A stretch of 64,000 nt of DNA from contig CAVXTP010000021.1 of the NCBI GenBank assembly GCA_963764715.1, positions 367,040-431,039 on the forward strand. Direction: 5' to 3'. Below, piece after piece: positions 8,755-17,179 of this stretch (position 1 is its first letter; each line of letters starts with the position of its first letter). The position numbers were made by a program, and so were the translations under genes. Source of the stretch: an uncultured Acidobacteriota bacterium (GTDB taxonomy: Bacteria > Acidobacteriota > Thermoanaerobaculia > UBA5066 > Gp7-AA6). The notes beneath the pieces are model-generated. The model did not search any database, was not told the DNA's origin, and worked only from the letters and a program-made list of their open reading frames with translations.

Positions 8755-11169
8755 CTACGGGAGGTCGAACGCGTTGTACAGGAAGGCCGCCATCTGGCCG
8801 CGGGTCACGTTGTTGGCCGGGCAGTAGTTGCCGCCGCCGCAGCCGCCGGTGACCCCTTCGGCCGCGAGCTGCTCGATCCAGGGACTGAAGGGCGATGCGC
8901 AACTGACGTCGAGGAAGTCGCCGTCGCAGGGCGGCGGCACGTACGACGCCCCGTGCAGGGCCTTGAGGATGAAGACCGCCATCTGGTCCCGCCGAACGGG
9001 GTTGCCCGGGCAGTAGTTGCCGCCGCCGCAACCGCCCGTGATGCCCTCCTCGGCGAGCTGCTCGATCCACGGGGCGAAGCCGGAGCCGCACGGAACGTCG
9101 CCGAAGACACCCGCGCACGGGGGCGGCGTGTAGCAGATCCCGTACTTGGCCTTCAGGAGGAAGACCGCCATCTGCTGCCGGAGCGTCGGCTGGCTGATCC
9201 CGTAGTTGCCGCCGCCCACGCCGGCCGTGATGCCGTTGGCGACGAGGCTCGTGATCTGCGTGTAGAACTGGCTGCCGGGGATGTCGTTGAAATTCGAGAT
9301 CCAGGCGTTCGGAAGCGTCCCCGAAGCCCCGCCGCCGGGATTGGCGACCGTGAGGGCGTTGATGCTTCCGGCCGGCAGCGCCGGGATGTTGGCTGTGATC
9401 GTCGTCGAATTGTCGACGGTCACTCCGGTCGCGGGGACGCCCCCGACCGTGACCGTCGCGCCCGGCTCGAACGCGAGGCCGCGGATCTGCGCGCCGGTGA
9501 CGCCGGTCGGCGAGCCGGACACGGGGTCGAGCGAGAGCACGAACCGCGGCGAAAGCTCGGAGGTCGCGCCGGACGGGCTCGTGGCCGTGGCCGTGATCGG
9601 CGATCCGTTCACGACGACGACCGCGAGAACCTCGTTGAAGGCCGCGTTGCCGGACCCGTCCGTCGTGACTTCGATCGAGCCGATGTAGGTCTTCGCCTCG
9701 TCCTGCTCCTGCGGGCGGCCGTTGCACGCGGGGTTGGAATAGAGGTCGACATCGAAGGTGGTCGACGGGGTGCTCTGGAGCGTTCCGGCGATCGTGGTAT
9801 TCGCGCCTCCGTAGGTCACCGAGGAGATCAGCGGATAGTTCTGGTAGCCGTTCGGGCCGCCATCCGCGTCTCCGGCATCGTTGATGTTGACGCCCAGCTC
9901 GAAGAGATTGCCGCCGGTGAGGTCGATGGCGAGGCCGCTGTTGGCCTGGATCCCGGCGTTGTCGAAGATCGAGTTCCCGCGCACGGAGGCGTTGACGCCG
10001 TGGACCACGACCCCCGCCCAGCCGCGGTTGTACGCGATGATGTTGCCCTCGCCGGGGCCGATGCCGCCGATCGTGTTGTTCGAGCCGCCGACCTTGATGC
10101 CCCAGTAGCCGTTGGCGAGGCGGACGGTGCCCGTGGCGTCGGTTCCGACCTGGTTGCCCTGGACGACGTTGCCGTCGCCACTGAGCTCGATTCCCGAGTC
10201 GATCGCCCCGCCGACGCGGTTGCCCGCCCCGGCGGCGGAGCCGCCGATCGTGTTGTTGTTGGAGCCGCTGTTGACGGTGATGCCGACGGAAGTCACGGCG
10301 ATGACGATCGTGCCCGTGACGTCGAGCCCGACGAAGTTGCCCACGATCTGGTTGCCCGTGCCGTTGACCAAGATCGGGCCGGCGAACACGTTGCGGGCGC
10401 CGGCCGTCGTGCCGCCCACGACGTTGTTGATGCCACCGCCGGTGCCCATCGCCAGCGGACCGTCCGGGATGAGGAGATGAAGGCCCGTGACGTCCGTGCC
10501 GACCAGGTTGCCGGCGACGAGCGAATTCGATACGGGCTCCGTGATCCCCAGCCCGAAAGCGATGTGATCGGCGAACAGGCTGTCGCCGGACACCAGGTTG
10601 CGGGCGGCCGGTGTCGTGCCGCCGATCCGGGCGTTGGTCTGGGATCGCGGATTGATCCCGCCGCCGTACGGCGCGAGGGCCACCGCTCCCGCCGCGTCGG
10701 TGCCGATGAAGCAGCCCTCGAGGACGAAGTCCGTGTGCGCGCCGGTGGTCGCGACCGCCCTGTCGGTGCACCGGTTGACGACGAGCCCGCGGATCGTGAC
10801 GTCGTCGGCAGCGGCGAACAGGCACGGCGCGGCTCCGGCGTTGGTCCCGTCGATCTCGATGCGGAGGACGGTGTTGAGGCCCTGGCTGGCCGGGTTCGTG
10901 TTGGCCGATGCCCCCGACTGGGTGTAGCCGTCGATCGTCACCGGGCCCGTGATCGTGGGCAGCGCGGACGCCGGCGCGATCGTGTGCACGCCGCTGCCGA
11001 CGACCGCGAAGGCGATCGTGTCGGCTCCGGGATTGGCGTTGGCGTCCAGGATCGCCTGGCGAAGGGTCCCGGCTCCCGAGTCGGCGGTCGAGGTCACGGT
11101 GTACGTTGTCGCGAACCCGAAGGCGGCGACCCCGGACAGGATGGCGGCGAGGCCGATTCGCTGGAGCAT
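8755..11169 (-). CDS. Secreted beta-helix / IPT / Cys-rich SLH protein, paralogue 5
   Basis: ORF 8755..11199; start ATG 11169 (MLQRIGLAA, AGGAGG upstream). Confidence 0.9.
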   Translation of the reverse strand: MLQRIGLAAILSGVAAFGFATTYTVTSTADSGAGTLRQAILDANANPGADTIAFAVVGSGVHTIAPASALPTITGPVTIDGYTQSGASANTNPASQGLNTVLRIEIDGTNAGAAPCLFAAADDVTIRGLVVNRCTDRAVATTGAHTDFVLEGCFIGTDAAGAVALAPYGGGINPRSQTNARIGGTTPAARNLVSGDSLFADHIAFGLGITEPVSNSLVAGNLVGTDVTGLHLLIPDGPLAMGTGGGINNVVGGTTAGARNVFAGPILVNGTGNQIVGNFVGLDVTGTIVIAVTSVGITVNSGSNNNTIGGSAAGAGNRVGGAIDSGIELSGDGNVVQGNQVGTDATGTVRLANGYWGIKVGGSNNTIGGIGPGEGNIIAYNRGWAGVVVHGVNASVRGNSIFDNAGIQANSGLAIDLTGGNLFELGVNINDAGDADGGPNGYQNYPLISSVTYGGANTTIAGTLQSTPSTTFDVDLYSNPACNGRPQEQDEAKTYIGSIEVTTDGSGNAAFNEVLAVVVVNGSPITATATSPSGATSELSPRFVLSLDPVSGSPTGVTGAQIRGLAFEPGATVTVGGVPATGVTVDNSTTITANIPALPAGSINALTVANPGGGASGTLPNAWISNFNDIPGSQFYTQITSLVANGITAGVGGGNYGISQPTLRQQMAVFLLKAKYGICYTPPPCAGVFGDVPCGSGFAPWIEQLAEEGITGGCGGGNYCPGNPVRRDQMAVFILKALHGASYVPPPCDGDFLDVSCASPFSPWIEQLAAEGVTGGCGGGNYCPANNVTRGQMAAFLYNAFDLP

Positions 11170-11191
11170 GTAGGACTCCTCCTGACCCTGA

Positions 11192-11218
11192 CTCGACAAA
11201 ACGCCGGGCCGGGGGCCA
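11192..11218 (-). promoter_or_regulatory. Putative ECF-type promoter TGGCC-N14-TTGTCGAG
   Basis: Same motif and spacing, upstream of paralogue 5. Confidence 0.6.
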
Positions 11219-11247
11219 GGAGGAAATCCGCGATCGCCGCGGGGTCG

Positions 11248-13659
11248 CTACGGGAGCGAGAATGCCTTGACCAAAAACGCCGCCATCTGCCCCCGGGCGA
11301 CGCTCGTCGTGGGGCAGTAGTTGGCGCCGCCGCACCCGCCCGTGATCTCGTCGGCCGCGAGCTTTTCGATCCAGTCGGCGAAGGACGACGGGCAGGCCAC
11401 GTCGTCGAACACCCCGGTGCACGGAGGGGGCGTGAACGTCGAGCCGTACTTGCCCTTCAGCAGGAACACGGCCATCTGGTCGCGCCGCACGGGGGAGGTC
11501 GGGCAGTAGTTGCCTCCTCCGCAACCGCCGGTGATCCCTTCCGCGGCGAACTGCTCGATCCACGGCGCGAAGATCGAGTTGCAGGGCACGTCGGGAAAGT
11601 CCCCCGAGCAGGGCGGCGGCACGTAGCAGATTCCGTGCTTGGCCTTGAGGACGAAGACCGCCATCTGCTGGCGCGTGACGCTGACGGCGGGGCAGTAGTT
11701 GCCGCCGCTGCACCCCGCCGTGACCCCGGACGCCACGAGTTTGCCGATGAGGCTGTCGAACAGGCTGTTCTTCACCACGTCGTTGAAGCGCGAGACGTAG
11801 CCGTTGCGAAGCGTGCCCGAGAGGCCGCCGGGATTCGCGACGACGATGTCGTAGACCCCGCCGGGAGAGAGCGCCGGGCCGGTGAAATCGAGCTTGTACT
11901 CGGTGTCGAAGCTGACCGGAACGGGATTCCCGCCGATCGTCATGGTGGCCGCGGGGTCGAACAGGTGCCCGCGGACGGACTGGAGGCCGGTGTCCCCCGG
12001 GCCGCCGAGGCCGGGAACCGAACGGAAGACGATTTCCTGCCAGAGCTCGGAAGTGTTGCCTTCGGGCCCGGTCGCCGTCGCGGTGACGGGCGCACCCGCC
12101 GCGATCGGCGTCGGGAGAAGGACGTTGAAGGCGACGTTGCCCGAGCCGTCGGTCGTGACCTGCGCCGTGCCGATGTAGGTCTCGGCCTGGAGGAGAGCCC
12201 GCGGCCGGCTGCGGCACGACGGGTTGGCGTAGAAGTCGAGATCGAACACCGTCGAGGCGAGGCTGTTGAGCGTCCCGATCACGCGCGTCCCGCCGGCCTC
12301 CGGGACGGCCGACGTGATGAGCGGGTAGTTCTGGAAGTCGTTCCCGAACTGGATGGTGACGCTGTCGGCGTCGCCGAGGTCGTTGGGGTTCTGACCGCTG
12401 GGCGTGCTGCCGTTGGCCAGATCGATGGCCAGCCCCACACCGTTGGCGCCGACGCCGCCGATCCCGTTGTTGAAGATTCGATTCCCCCGGATGGGATTCT
12501 CCTGCGCGAAGTCCGTTACGAGGATGCCGACCCACCCGTTGTAGGCGATGACATTGGGCTGTCCCGGGCCGATGCCGCCAACGGTCTGGGCGTGTGTGCT
12601 CAGGAAGATGCCCATGATGCGGTTGCCGAAGTTCTTCGTGGCGGTGGTGTCGGTCCCGATGAAGTTGCCGTAGAGCGGGGTCAGGAAGCTGTCCAGGAAA
12701 ATGCCGTAGTCGAAGCCGCCGATCACGTTGCCTTCGCCCGGTCCGGTGCCGCCGACCGTGCTGCCGCCGGGACCAGGCACCTTGATGCCGCTCGTGCCGC
12801 TGGAGATGACTCCCGCCTGGGCCGCATCGACGCCGATGAAGTTGCCCTGCACGGTCGCCATCGCCGTGCCGATCCCGACGCCGACGTCCATGCCGGCGAC
12901 GACGTTGGCCGCGTTCGGGTCGGCCCCCCCGACCGTGATGGGGGAGGAACCCGAGAGGCTGATCCCGATGCCGGCGCCGGAGGTCCCGGGCATGGCTCGC
13001 GCTCCCGTGATGTCCGTGCCGATGAGATTGCCCTGGATGACACCGCCGTAGCTCATGGCCACGCCGATGGACCCTCCATTCGAGATCAGATTGCGCGCGG
13101 CGGGGGTCAACCCGCCGATGCGTGCGCCGGGGCTGTCGTTGCTGACGCCATGGCCGCCGACGTACCCCTGGAGCCCGTCCGGGCTCGCCCCGACGAAGCA
13201 GCCTTCGACGACGAGGTTGGAGTGCAGGAACGAATCGCTCCCGCCGATCTGATCCTGGGAAAAACGGTTGACCGCAAGGCCCCGGAACGTCACGCCGGGG
13301 ATGCGGGCCTCGAGGCCGTTCCCGGTCGTTGCCGTGCCGGCGATCTCGATCATCAGGACCGTGTTCAGCCCGAGGCCCACGGCATTCGTGTTGGGCGACG
13401 CGCCCGCCTGCGTGTAGCCGTCGACCGTCACGGCGTCGGTGATGGGCGGCAGAGGCGTCGCCGGCGCGATCGTGTGCACTCCCGATCCAACGATGGCGAA
13501 AGCGATCGTGTCCGCGCCGATAGCGGCGTTGGCGTCGAGGATCGCCTGGCGGAGAGACCCCGGTCCCGAGTCGGCCGTCGAAGTCACCGTGTACGTGGTC
13601 GCGGAGACGACCGCCGCGGCCGCGAAACAGGCGACGGCCATACCGAGTCGGTTGAGCAT
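11248..13659 (-). CDS. Secreted beta-helix / IPT / Cys-rich SLH protein, paralogue 6
   Basis: ORF 11248..13806; start ATG 13659 (MLNRLGMAVAC, AGGAGG upstream). Divergent from the ECF sigma gene. Confidence 0.9.
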   Translation of the reverse strand: MLNRLGMAVACFAAAAVVSATTYTVTSTADSGPGSLRQAILDANAAIGADTIAFAIVGSGVHTIAPATPLPPITDAVTVDGYTQAGASPNTNAVGLGLNTVLMIEIAGTATTGNGLEARIPGVTFRGLAVNRFSQDQIGGSDSFLHSNLVVEGCFVGASPDGLQGYVGGHGVSNDSPGARIGGLTPAARNLISNGGSIGVAMSYGGVIQGNLIGTDITGARAMPGTSGAGIGISLSGSSPITVGGADPNAANVVAGMDVGVGIGTAMATVQGNFIGVDAAQAGVISSGTSGIKVPGPGGSTVGGTGPGEGNVIGGFDYGIFLDSFLTPLYGNFIGTDTTATKNFGNRIMGIFLSTHAQTVGGIGPGQPNVIAYNGWVGILVTDFAQENPIRGNRIFNNGIGGVGANGVGLAIDLANGSTPSGQNPNDLGDADSVTIQFGNDFQNYPLITSAVPEAGGTRVIGTLNSLASTVFDLDFYANPSCRSRPRALLQAETYIGTAQVTTDGSGNVAFNVLLPTPIAAGAPVTATATGPEGNTSELWQEIVFRSVPGLGGPGDTGLQSVRGHLFDPAATMTIGGNPVPVSFDTEYKLDFTGPALSPGGVYDIVVANPGGLSGTLRNGYVSRFNDVVKNSLFDSLIGKLVASGVTAGCSGGNYCPAVSVTRQQMAVFVLKAKHGICYVPPPCSGDFPDVPCNSIFAPWIEQFAAEGITGGCGGGNYCPTSPVRRDQMAVFLLKGKYGSTFTPPPCTGVFDDVACPSSFADWIEKLAADEITGGCGGANYCPTTSVARGQMAAFLVKAFSLP

Positions 13660-13680
13660 GGGGATCCTCCTGTCAAAGGA

Positions 13681-13707
13681 CTCGACAAAAAGCAGCGTCA
13701 AGGGACA
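13681..13707 (-). promoter_or_regulatory. Putative ECF-type promoter TGTCC-N14-TTGTCGAG
   Basis: Same motif and spacing, in the divergent gap between paralogue 6 and the ECF gene. Confidence 0.6.
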
Positions 13708-13808
13708 CGGAACGGCTCGGGTCAATGGGAATTCGGGCTCGGCGTCCTCGGCGGCGGCTCCCGCCGGCCGGGGGGAGCCGGGGCACCTCCGATACAATTC
13801 GGGCATTC

Positions 13809-14402
13809 ATGACGGAGAATCCACCGGCGCCCAGGCCTGAAGAGGTCACGGGTCTCCTGCGCGCCGCCGAGGCGGGCGACCGGGAGGCCCTGGACCGCGT
13901 GTTCTCCGTGCTTTACGGGGAGTTGCGTGCGATCGCCCACCGCCAGCTCCAGGGGGCTCCCGCCGAGCAGACCCTGTCGACGACCGCCCTCGTCCACGAG
14001 GCCTATCTCAAGCTTTCGCGCGGCGCGGGCTGGACGGCGAAGGACCGCCAGCACTTCTTCTCGCTCGCCGCGCGGGCGATGCGGATGATCCTCGTTGACC
14101 AGGCCCGCTCGCGCACCCGGCAGCGCCGCGGCTCCGGGAAACGGCCCCTCGATCTCGAGAACGTCGAGATACCCGTCGAGGAGCGCGCCGCCGAGATCGT
14201 TGCGCTCGACGAGGCGCTCGTCCGGCTCGGAGAAGTCGACGGCGAGCTCGCGCAGATCGTCGAGTGGCGGTTCTTTGCCGGGCTCTCCGTGGAGGAGATC
14301 GCGGAGATGTCGGGCCGGTCGGAGCGGACGGTCAAGCGGCACTGGCAGGCGGCGCGGGCGTTTCTCTACCAGGAGCTCGCGGCGCCGGGATCGGAGGCGT
14401 GA
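13809..14402 (+). CDS. ECF sigma-70 factor, TIGR02999 / ECF43-like (kinase-associated)
   Basis: EVTGLLRAAEAGDREALDRVFSVLYGELRAIA, TLSTTALVHEAYLKL, HFFSLAARAMRMILVDQAR and region 4 RFFAGLSVEEIA...RTVKRHW. Likely start ATG 13809, with TACAAT at 13793-13798. Confidence 0.92.
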   Translation: MTENPPAPRPEEVTGLLRAAEAGDREALDRVFSVLYGELRAIAHRQLQGAPAEQTLSTTALVHEAYLKLSRGAGWTAKDRQHFFSLAARAMRMILVDQARSRTRQRRGSGKRPLDLENVEIPVEERAAEIVALDEALVRLGEVDGELAQIVEWRFFAGLSVEEIAEMSGRSERTVKRHWQAARAFLYQELAAPGSEA

Positions 14403-17170
14403 CCACCGGGGGGCGCTGGACCGAGGTCCGCGTGCTCTTCGAAGAGCTCGTCGAGGTTCCGGCCGAGGAACGCGAGCGCCGGATCGCGGCGCTGCCCGAC
14501 CCGGACCTGGCCTCGCGTGTCGCACGCCTGCTCGCCGCGGACTCCGAGGCGGGGCGGTTCCTCGAGACGCCCGCCGTGGCCGTCGCGGGCGGCCTCTTCG
14601 ACGGCCTCGCCGCCACCGAGAGCGAGGCGCCGCCTCCGGAGCGGATCGGCCCGTACCGGGTGCTCCGTCGGCTCGGCCGGGGAGGAATGGGGGAGGTGCT
14701 CCTCGCCGAGCGCGCGGACGGGCTCTTCGAGCAGAAGGTCGCGATCAAGCTGCTCCGGCGGGGGATGGCTTCCGACGAGGTCCTCGCGCGCTTCTCGCGC
14801 GAGCGCCGGATCCTCGCCCGTCTCGAGCACCCGCACATCGCGCGCCTCCTCGACGGCGGAGCGACGGAGGACGGGCGGCCGTACTTCGTCATGGAGCTCG
14901 TCGAGGGCGAGCCCATCACCGACTACTGCCGCACCCGTGACCTGTCCGTCGAGGAGCGGCTGCGCCTGCTCGAGGACTGCTGCGACGCCCTGGCGGCGGC
15001 GCACCGCAACCTCGTCGTGCATCGGGACCTCAAGCCCTCGAACGTGCTGGTGACCCGCGACGGCGAGGTCAAGCTCCTCGACTTCGGCATCGCGAAGCTG
15101 CTCGGCCCCGAGGACACGGGCGAGGCCGCGGCCGAGACGCGGACGGAGCTGCGGCTGCTGACGCCGGCCTACGCCGCCCCCGAGCAGATCTTCGGGGAGC
15201 CCGTCACGACGGCGACGGACGTGTGGGCGCTCGGCGCCCTGGCGTACGAGCTCCTGACCGGCACGCTGCCGCAGAAGCGGGAGAGCCGGTCGCCCTCCTC
15301 GCTCGCCGCGTCTGCCGCCGACGACGTGACGGAGCGCCCCAGCCAGCGCGTCGCCCGCGAGCCGCTCGCCGCACTGCCGCTCTCCGCGCCGAGGGAGGGA
15401 GACCGGCGGCGTCTCGTCAAGCGGCTGCGCGGCGATCTCGACAACGTCGTCCTGGCGGCGCTTCGCCGGGCGCCCGAGCGCCGCTACGGCTCGGTGACCG
15501 CGTTCGCCGGCGACCTGCGCCGCCACCGGGAGGGGCAGCCGGTCAAGGCGCGGCCGGACACCGTCGGATATCGCGTCGGCAAGTTCGTCCGGCGCAACCG
15601 CGTCGTCGTCGCGGCCGGCATCCTCGTCATCGCGTCCCTCGTGGCGGGGCTCGCGGTCGCGGCGTGGCAGGCCCGGCGCGCCGAGGCGCACGCGAAGACC
15701 GCGGCGGCCGCGGCGCGGCGGGCCGAGAGCGTCAAGGAATTCCTGATCGGCCTCTTCGAGGTCGCCGATCCGGAGCAGGCCTCGGGCGGGTCGGTCACGG
15801 CCAGCGAGCTTCTCGACCAGGCCGGCCGCCGGCTCGAGACGGAGCTCTCCTCCGAGCCCGACATCCAGGCGGACCTCCTCGAGGCCGTCGCCCGCATCGA
15901 CCGGGGCCTCGGCCGGCTCGACACCGCCGGGGACCTCGCGAAGCGCTCGCTCGAGATTCGCCAGCGCATCCTGCCCTCGGGCGCCGCGGCCATCGGCCGG
16001 AGCCTCGCCACGCTCGGCGCCGTCAGCATGTCGAAGGGCCAGCTCGACGAGGCCGAGAAGCAGATCACCGCGGCGCTCGCGGTCCTGGAGAAGACCGAGC
16101 CGCCCGACAGCCTCGCCACGGCGCGCGCGAAGAGCGACTTCGCCCAGGTGCGCTTCTGGAAAGGCGACGCCATTCCGGCGGAGAAGATCGAGCGCGGCGT
16201 CTACGAGACCTACCGGCGCGTGCTGGGCGACGACAACGCGCAGACGGCGATGCACCTGCGCAACCTCGGCGTGCTTCTCGACGAGCTCGACCGGCTCGAC
16301 GAGGCCGAGAAGGCGTACCGCGACTCTCAGGCCGTGCTGGTGAAGCGGCTCGGTCCGGACCACGTCAACCTCGGGTACAGCTACCTGAACCTCGCGGTCC
16401 TGCTCGGGGGGCGGCGCAACCAGTCGGCCGAGGCGGAAGCGCTCTACAAGCGCACGCTCGAGATCCGCCGCAAAGCGCTCGGCCCGAAGCATCCGACGGT
16501 CGGCCAGGCGCTCCAGCTCTCCGGCCTCTTCTACCTGAACCAGGGGCGGCTCGAGGAGTCCGAGGCTGCCTACGGCGAGGCGCTGGCGCTCTTCTCCGGG
16601 ATCGACCCGAAGCACTTCGAGGTCGGCAAGTGCAAGAACGGGCTCGCGCTCATCGCCTCCCGCCGCGGCCGCTACGCCGAGGCCGAGGCCACCATGGCGG
16701 AGGTCGAGGCCCTGTTCCGGGAGGTCCTCGGCGAGAAGCATCCCTTCACCTGGCAGGTCCGCGGAAACCGCGCATCGCAGATCGGGCTGCAGGGCCGGCT
16801 CGACGAGGAGGAGTCGCTCGAGCGCGAGGTCGCGGCGAAGCTCGAGGAGCTCAACGGCAAGGACTCGGGCGAGGCTCTGGACGCGCGCGCGCGGCTGGCG
16901 GAAACGCGGCGCAAGCGCGGGCACCCCGACGAGGCCTTGCCCGTGCATCGCGAGGTCCTCGCGGCCGTCGTCAAGATGGAGGGTGAGGACAGCACCTGGG
17001 TCTCACTGCTCCGCTACCAGGTCGCGGCGGACCTCCTCGCGGCGGGCAAACCGGAGGACCGGGCCGAGGCGAAGGCCTTGCTCGACCGTGCCCTCGCGGT
17101 GCTCGAGAAGCAATCGCCGCCGCACCAGCGACTCGCCGAGGTCCAGGCCCTCCGCAAGAGCGCCGGCTGA
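14399..17170 (+). CDS. Membrane Hanks-type Ser/Thr protein kinase with C-terminal TPR sensor region
   Basis: GRGGMGEV, VAIK, HRDLKPSN, DFG and YAAPEQ motifs; TM segment VVVAAGILVIASLVAGLAVAAW; kinesin-light-chain-like TPRs (LGPDH, LGPKHP, LGEKHP). GTG overlaps the ECF stop (GTGA). Confidence 0.93.
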   Translation: MTTGGRWTEVRVLFEELVEVPAEERERRIAALPDPDLASRVARLLAADSEAGRFLETPAVAVAGGLFDGLAATESEAPPPERIGPYRVLRRLGRGGMGEVLLAERADGLFEQKVAIKLLRRGMASDEVLARFSRERRILARLEHPHIARLLDGGATEDGRPYFVMELVEGEPITDYCRTRDLSVEERLRLLEDCCDALAAAHRNLVVHRDLKPSNVLVTRDGEVKLLDFGIAKLLGPEDTGEAAAETRTELRLLTPAYAAPEQIFGEPVTTATDVWALGALAYELLTGTLPQKRESRSPSSLAASAADDVTERPSQRVAREPLAALPLSAPREGDRRRLVKRLRGDLDNVVLAALRRAPERRYGSVTAFAGDLRRHREGQPVKARPDTVGYRVGKFVRRNRVVVAAGILVIASLVAGLAVAAWQARRAEAHAKTAAAAARRAESVKEFLIGLFEVADPEQASGGSVTASELLDQAGRRLETELSSEPDIQADLLEAVARIDRGLGRLDTAGDLAKRSLEIRQRILPSGAAAIGRSLATLGAVSMSKGQLDEAEKQITAALAVLEKTEPPDSLATARAKSDFAQVRFWKGDAIPAEKIERGVYETYRRVLGDDNAQTAMHLRNLGVLLDELDRLDEAEKAYRDSQAVLVKRLGPDHVNLGYSYLNLAVLLGGRRNQSAEAEALYKRTLEIRRKALGPKHPTVGQALQLSGLFYLNQGRLEESEAAYGEALALFSGIDPKHFEVGKCKNGLALIASRRGRYAEAEATMAEVEALFREVLGEKHPFTWQVRGNRASQIGLQGRLDEEESLEREVAAKLEELNGKDSGEALDARARLAETRRKRGHPDEALPVHREVLAAVVKMEGEDSTWVSLLRYQVAADLLAAGKPEDRAEAKALLDRALAVLEKQSPPHQRLAEVQALRKSAG

Positions 17171-17179
17171 GGCTCCGCT

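Noticed and set aside
8953-13812. Very long plus-strand ORFs (8953..13812, 21929..26443, 47953..52764, 39034..43038 and others)
   Set aside because: Antisense shadows of GC-rich minus-strand genes; Arg/Ala/Val-rich with no domain motifs. Stop codons are rare in these frames because of codon bias.
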